A stretch of DNA of 64,000 nt, taken from sequence record PX969468.1, one strand, 5' to 3'. Position numbers and translations under genes: made by a program. The first letter of the stretch is position 1. Every line of letters starts with the position of its first letter. The stretch comes from a phage. The notes beneath the pieces are model-generated. The model searched no databases. It saw only the letters and a list, made by a program, of their open reading frames with translations, and was not told the origin of the DNA. Of this stretch, positions 59,908 through 64,000 are shown piece after piece.

Positions 59908-60355
59908 TACTGTAAAGGGAGATTTAATCTCCCTTTTTAAGAGCGGTGCTGGTCACCTAATCCACGGTTGTAACTGCTTCCACACAATGGGTAAGGGCAT
60001 AGCAAAACAGATTGCCCGTGAGTTTCCTCAAGCATTGTCAGCCGACAAAGAGACCAGACACGGTTGCCTAAGTAAACTGGGTGCGTTCTCCCGATGGGAG
60101 CACTTATCTCCGAGAGGTATTGTCTACGGAATCAATCTGTATACTCAGTTCTACCCAGGGCCTAATGCTGAATATTTCTCAATCCTGAAAGGCTTTGAGC
60201 TAGTCAATGAGGTATTCGAGGGATCGACTTTACCATTCTACATCCCTAAGATCGGATGCGGTATAGGCGGTTTGAAGTGGGAGCACGTAGAGGACGTTAT
60301 TAACCTCGCCACTTTTGATATAGATATTATCGTGGTGGAGTACAAAGAGTGTTGA
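59897..60355 (+). CDS. macro-domain protein (ADP-ribose-binding/processing fold)
   Basis: GHLIHGCNCFHTMGKGIAKQI matches macro-domain Gly-rich loop 1; LPFYIPKIGCGIGGLKWE matches second loop; GTG start after GAGGAG. Confidence 0.55.
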   Translation: MIIDTVKGDLISLFKSGAGHLIHGCNCFHTMGKGIAKQIAREFPQALSADKETRHGCLSKLGAFSRWEHLSPRGIVYGINLYTQFYPGPNAEYFSILKGFELVNEVFEGSTLPFYIPKIGCGIGGLKWEHVEDVINLATFDIDIIVVEYKEC

Positions 60356-60380
60356 CAGCTGACTTTTGAGATGGTATAGT
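60352..60380 (+). promoter_or_regulatory. sigma70-like promoter TTGACA-N17-TATAGT
   Basis: ttgaca 60352-60357, tatagt 60375-60380. Confidence 0.5.
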
Positions 60381-60411
60381 CACCACAACGATTGAGAGAG
60401 GGAGCACCACT

Positions 60412-60612
60412 ATGGAGACTAAAATCTTAATTCTGGCTGTGATAGATACGACCGAAGGGGCCGTGTTCGAATCTGCAGGAGGGTATTTCTACCTGCCCTA
60501 CGGAAAAATAACTTCCGAACCGAGTAAAGATTCAATCCTTAAAGTGTTCCCTTGTGCTTTCTGGCTGGAGATTCTGGTAGAAGATTGCAGAGGATTGGGG
60601 AGAGAATTATGA
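60412..60612 (+). CDS. hypothetical small protein
   Basis: 66-aa ORF after RBS (agagggag). Confidence 0.3.
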   Translation: METKILILAVIDTTEGAVFESAGGYFYLPYGKITSEPSKDSILKVFPCAFWLEILVEDCRGLGREL

Positions 60613-60803
60613 GAAACAAGAAAGAGCTTTACTCTGGCGAGTGGATCAACGATCAACAGGTCGGAGAGGTAACCTGCTTCCGGTGTTTTACTCGGTACAA
60701 TCTTAAAACTGCACCAAAAAGTGTTCCAAAGACTGACGGTTATTACATAAAAGAACCTCATTGCCCAAAATGTAAATGCCGATTGTACTGGAGCAATCTA
60801 TAA
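60609..60803 (+). CDS. small zinc-ribbon protein
   Basis: ATG at 60609 after ggggagag; CFRCF...CPKCKC; ORF track start 60552. Confidence 0.35.
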   Translation: MRNKKELYSGEWINDQQVGEVTCFRCFTRYNLKTAPKSVPKTDGYYIKEPHCPKCKCRLYWSNL

Positions 60804-60807
60804 GAGG

Positions 60808-60835
60808 TTGACATCTGAAAACTGCAGTGTATAGT
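60808..60835 (+). promoter_or_regulatory. sigma70-like promoter TTGACA-N16-TATAGT
   Basis: ttgaca 60808-60813, tatagt 60830-60835. Confidence 0.5.
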
Positions 60836-60866
60836 ATACACATAAACTAACAGAGAGCGATGTATT

Positions 60867-61058
60867 ATGGTAATTTTTAACCGGGATGGTATCATAGTTA
60901 GACAGCACCCGTTCCTTGAATACTATCAAATTGAGCAATGGTGCTACGGGGATTGCAGTCACTCTTATGGGCAAAGTTGGGGATATCGCACAGTTTTTGA
61001 ATCAACAGACCTTGACAAAGTAAGACAGAAAGTTTTAGAACTTATTAACAACAAGTGA
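60867..61058 (+). CDS. hypothetical small protein
   Basis: 63-aa ORF. Confidence 0.3.
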   Translation: MVIFNRDGIIVRQHPFLEYYQIEQWCYGDCSHSYGQSWGYRTVFESTDLDKVRQKVLELINNK

Positions 61059-61068
61059 GTATCGTGCC

Positions 61069-61401
61069 ATGGTAACATTGGAAAGACGTAAAGCTATCGC
61101 CGCCACACTGGCAGACATCTTTTGGGATTGCAACTTAAAAGATACTCGAAATTGTGGCGCATCTGTAGATGTATTATTCCCACGGCCCACCATTGTTGCA
61201 ATGGGAAACCTGCTCGATGTGGTATATGGAGCATGGGACAAGGAAGGTGGATTCTATATCTGGCAACCTGACTACGGGACTTGGAAAGAGGTTAGTGGTT
61301 CTTCGGACTTCACTCCTGCAGTGGCTAAAATGGATAGCTGGAAAATCTATGTCGGTAACGACATGGAACTGAAAGGCGAAATTGTTTACTGGTTACCTTA
61401 A
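61069..61401 (+). CDS. hypothetical protein
   Basis: 110-aa ORF. Confidence 0.35.
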   Translation: MVTLERRKAIAATLADIFWDCNLKDTRNCGASVDVLFPRPTIVAMGNLLDVVYGAWDKEGGFYIWQPDYGTWKEVSGSSDFTPAVAKMDSWKIYVGNDMELKGEIVYWLP

Positions 61402-61422
61402 GAAAGTCCAGGAGATAAAGTT

Positions 61423-61668
61423 ATGAACAAAGGGTGGACATTTGTAGACGGCGTTAAAAACATGCCTCTAGGAAAGTATATTGTAGCCATGGCAGATGAG
61501 AATGGCAATGTGGATTTCGGAGCTTGCGAGGTTGTTCTTGCAGGATCTGGTAACTATGTGGACAAAACCGGGATAATTAACGGTCAGTTCTACTTTGATC
61601 ACAACCCTGTTGTAGCGTATATGGCTATGCCAGAGTTCAAGTTCCCAAAGGAGGGTGCAGATGTTTAA
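61423..61668 (+). CDS. hypothetical protein
   Basis: 81-aa ORF with RBS (caggagataaag). Confidence 0.35.
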   Translation: MNKGWTFVDGVKNMPLGKYIVAMADENGNVDFGACEVVLAGSGNYVDKTGIINGQFYFDHNPVVAYMAMPEFKFPKEGADV

Positions 61669-61858
61669 GCTTAAATCTGCATGGAACATCGCTGTGGGGG
61701 ACGAGATCCGTATCCCAGGTGGAAAGACCATTATGAAGATATCTCGTATCGAGTACGAAGGTGATCGTGTATTTCATATCTTTGCAGAGGATGGTCGAGA
61801 AATTTATATACAGGCAGGCTCTCACATCTATATTCGTAAGAAAGGGGACGACAAATGA
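61655..61858 (+). CDS. hypothetical protein
   Basis: 67-aa ORF overlapping neighbours by a few nt. Confidence 0.35.
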   Translation: MQMFKLKSAWNIAVGDEIRIPGGKTIMKISRIEYEGDRVFHIFAEDGREIYIQAGSHIYIRKKGDDK

Positions 61859-62181
61859 CAGAGATCATCGTTTCAACTGCAGGGTATGTATTCCTGACAA
61901 TCATTGCGCTGGCTATTCTGGTGGCGGTGTATGGATTTGTTATCCTGCCCATTCTTGAGACATTTAGTTTGTGTCGGTGTTGGAGAAAAGCTTACGGTCC
62001 ACAACCATGGAAGGACTGGCCCCACCTGGTGCGCTTAGCGTTCTCTTATGCTTACGATCACTCCAGCAGTGCATGCATAACCGGATACCACGCCCACAAC
62101 TGGAGCTGGGAAGGGTTGAGGAAATGGAATGTTACAAAGACCATACCTCTGCGCATGTACAAAGGAAAAAGGAGGGATTGA
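61855..62181 (+). CDS. small membrane protein
   Basis: N-terminal hydrophobic segment GYVFLTIIALAILVAVYGFVILPIL. Confidence 0.35.
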   Translation: MTEIIVSTAGYVFLTIIALAILVAVYGFVILPILETFSLCRCWRKAYGPQPWKDWPHLVRLAFSYAYDHSSSACITGYHAHNWSWEGLRKWNVTKTIPLRMYKGKRRD

Positions 62182-62825
62182 TGGGGATACCTGTTAAAGA
62201 CAGAAAAATATGTGGTCGTGGAGTAAACGATTTAAAAGACAAAGTCCCAATGTACCAATCTGTTAATGGTAAGAGAGTACCAGAACCTCACTATGCTACA
62301 TGGAAAGCATTATTCCAGAGGTGCTACGGCGATAACTCAAAGTACCATACAGGTTGTGAAGTTGTAGAAGATTGGTGGTTGTTCTCAGAATTCTGGAAAT
62401 GGATGGATACACAAGAGTGGAAAAGAGACGCTAAGAAGTTCACTCTTGACAAAGACCTGAAAATCCCCGGAAACAGAATATACTCCCCAGAAACATGTAT
62501 GTTTGTTCCACCACAAATAAACACCTTATTTGGCATAAGACAGGCAGCACGAGGGGATTTACCTTTGGGTGTGACACTTAGAAAAGATGTAAACAAGTAT
62601 CTCGTGCATTGTCATCAAGATGGAAAAATTGTTCATGGTGGTCATTTCGATGATCCGCAGATAGCACACAAGGTGTGGCAAGAAATGAAACTTGAGGAGA
62701 TGAAGCTTCAAGCTATTAAAAACAAAGATGAGATTTGGCTGTTCGCCATTAAACGTGCAATAACTATCCTTGAGAATGATTTGAAAAATAATAAGGAGAC
62801 TATAACATTGGTGAAATTTATTTAA
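62181..62825 (+). CDS. AP2-domain protein, homing-endonuclease-like architecture
   Basis: ATG at 62181 after AAAGGAGGGA (ATGA overlap); C-terminal AP2-like segment GVTLRKDVNKYLVHCHQDGKIVHGGHFDDPQIAHKVWQE; upstream part of the 61971 ORF judged non-coding. Confidence 0.45.
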   Translation: MGIPVKDRKICGRGVNDLKDKVPMYQSVNGKRVPEPHYATWKALFQRCYGDNSKYHTGCEVVEDWWLFSEFWKWMDTQEWKRDAKKFTLDKDLKIPGNRIYSPETCMFVPPQINTLFGIRQAARGDLPLGVTLRKDVNKYLVHCHQDGKIVHGGHFDDPQIAHKVWQEMKLEEMKLQAIKNKDEIWLFAIKRAITILENDLKNNKETITLVKFI

Positions 62826-62889
62826 GATATTTATGGTGGTATTTATTTTAAAATTATAAAAATTTTAGGTGATGAGGGAAAATATGTAA

Positions 62890-63340
62890 TGGATTTTCCC
62901 TTATTTATCAGATATTTGCAGATATTTGGAAATCCTTAGAAAATCAGAAAATGGATCGAAAACTAAAATGGATTTTTCAGAGTAGGCGCGACAAGCTGAA
63001 TAACTCATCCTATCGTTTGCACCATATTCCAGGCCACCATTATAGATTTCCCACACATGCTAACCTCCCTCTACTAGAACTTCCTCCACTTACCCTTGAC
63101 CTTCTATGGTAACAATCTAACCACTATCTTGAAGTTGCGGTGCAGCTTTCCAGGTACTCGATCTACTTTTCATTTCAGGGCTTGGATTTTCTGAAAATTT
63201 TTCTCGATAAATTTCTCAGTACTCGATCTGTTTTTCGTTTTCTGAATCGGATTTTCTGGAAATCGTTCCGGATCTAGGCCTGAAATTTTTAGGGACGAAA
63301 TCGATTTTTCGTTTTCAGAAATGGATTTTTAAAATTTCTA
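62890..63340. repeat. AT-rich array of direct repeats and ATTTTC/GAAAAT palindromes (iteron-like)
   Basis: tandem cagatatttg x2 (62908-62927); ~66-bp units at about 63150 and 63216 each containing agtactcgatct...ggattttctgRaaat; palindrome attttc-tg-gaaaat at 63185-63197. Confidence 0.6.
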
Positions 63341-63442
63341 TATGGGAATATTTTAGTGGATACTATTTTATAGGAAATTGTTACGGAGGGTAATTAGCGT
63401 GCTAATTAAATTTATTAAATGCGAGGAGTTCTCATTTAGAAT

Positions 63443-63461
63443 TTTGAATGATAATCATTCT
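63443..63461. promoter_or_regulatory. Fur-box-like palindrome, copy 1 (15/19 to GATAATGATAATCATTATC)
   Basis: ttgAATGATAATCATTcTC. Confidence 0.3.
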
Positions 63462-63578
63462 CGTTTGCAGAATAACGGGCAGGCCCGGTGATTGTCTCCC
63501 GGCCCCTACTGCCCCGGCTTGTTATTATAGTAACACACAGGACAAAGAAAGCAAGAAGTTTTTGCATAAATTTTTAGA

Positions 63579-63597
63579 CGATAATGATAATCGTTCT
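63579..63597. promoter_or_regulatory. Fur-box-like palindrome, copy 2 (17/19 to GATAATGATAATCATTATC)
   Basis: GATAATGATAATCgTTcTC; both copies followed by ...tgcag and a GC-rich segment ccggtgRttgtctccc. Confidence 0.35.
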
Positions 63598-63675
63598 CAT
63601 TTCATGCAGCGCCCATCCCCGGTGGTTGTCTCCCCCGTCACCGGTGCCTGCCGTCCTTTCGATATGTATATTGTG

Positions 63676-63998
63676 CCACCTGGCGGGGCCGCTGTCAACA
63701 CTTTTCAAAAAATTTTTTCTAACCTGATGCGCTAACCGCTGCAACCTGGCGGGGCCAGCCTGGCAGGACCTAACTGACCAGGTAGGGGAGAATGAAGGCT
63801 TGCAAACCTGGTGGGCCTATGCTATAGGATAGGTAACAATTGAAGAGGAGGTACAAAAAATGAAAGGTAATATATGATCCCCCTGGAAAATGTAGCTATT
63901 AATGACACTGAGGCTATCGCCCTGGTTGAAAAGGCTATGGCGGGAGCGTTGGAACATAAAGAAGAGTACGAAAAAATGATGGTTAACCTGGCAGGGGC
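63676..63998. repeat. GC-rich iterons AACCTGG(C/T)(G/A)GGG(C)C, four copies
   Basis: ccacctggcggggcc (about 63676), caacctggcggggcc (about 63741), aaacctggtgggcc (about 63802), aacctggcagggg (about 63984). Confidence 0.5.
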
Positions 63999-64000
63999 GG
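63873..64000 (+). CDS. hypothetical protein, 5' partial (runs off window end), preceded by 5-codon micro-ORF
   Basis: ATG at 63873 opens MIPLENVAINDTEAIALVEKAMAGALEHKEEYEKMMVNLAGA...; GAGGAGG RBS serves an upstream MKGNI micro-ORF (63859-63876) overlapping the start. Confidence 0.3.

Noticed and set aside
60455-60490. tRNA-like T-loop motif gtgttcgaatctgc
   Set aside because: Flanking bases cannot form a 5-bp T-stem or an acceptor stem; the motif lies inside a small ORF and is coincidental.
61971-62180. N-terminal extension of the AP2-domain ORF
   Set aside because: It overlaps the membrane-protein gene in another frame; a strong RBS and ATGA-coupled ATG at 62181 mark the real start.
63100-63350. 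Possible CRISPR array (short repeated ATTTTC-containing units)
   Set aside because: Repeats are short, degenerate, partly palindromic and irregularly spaced with no uniform spacers; no cas genes.
63448-63735. 95-aa ORF inside the repeat region
   Set aside because: Pro/Gly/Cys-rich low-complexity translation of GC-rich iterons with no RBS; coding potential implausible.

Overview
The window reads as one contiguous stretch of a large virulent tailed-phage genome, with no host genes, rRNA, tRNA or CRISPR array that I could support. It has four blocks. (1) 1-30,008 (+): late structural genes, with a P2/Mu/T4-like baseplate set (spike, wedge, baseplate-J, DUF2612-like) and at least six tail-fiber or tailspike-like genes, including an S74-chaperone fiber, a coiled-coil long fiber, two paralogous short fibers with a Tfa chaperone, and a 1,875-aa giant protein. 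Transcription is punctuated by UUCG-tetraloop terminators and extended -10 promoters. (2) 30,056-36,812 (-): a leftward block of small early genes, including a HAD-like phosphatase and a VWA/metallopeptidase protein. (3) 36,889-62,825 (+): early and replication genes, including a MoxR-type AAA+ ATPase, a signal-peptide SleB-like cell-wall hydrolase, rIIA/rIIB, a Dda/PIF1-like helicase, a C5-methyltransferase-like protein, a T7 gp4-like primase-helicase, an SSB-like protein, HNH/AP2-like genes, a macro-domain protein and two families of tandem small paralogues. The T7-like family A DNA polymerase in this block is interrupted exactly at catalytic motif C by a 276-nt ORF-less group I intron; this is the best-supported unusual feature. 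(4) 62,826-63,872: a roughly 1-kb non-coding region with AT-rich palindromic iterons, two Fur-box-like palindromes and GC-rich CCTGGCGGGGCC iterons. All functional calls rest on motif recognition by eye; no database search was run, and most gene starts are taken from the ORF track.
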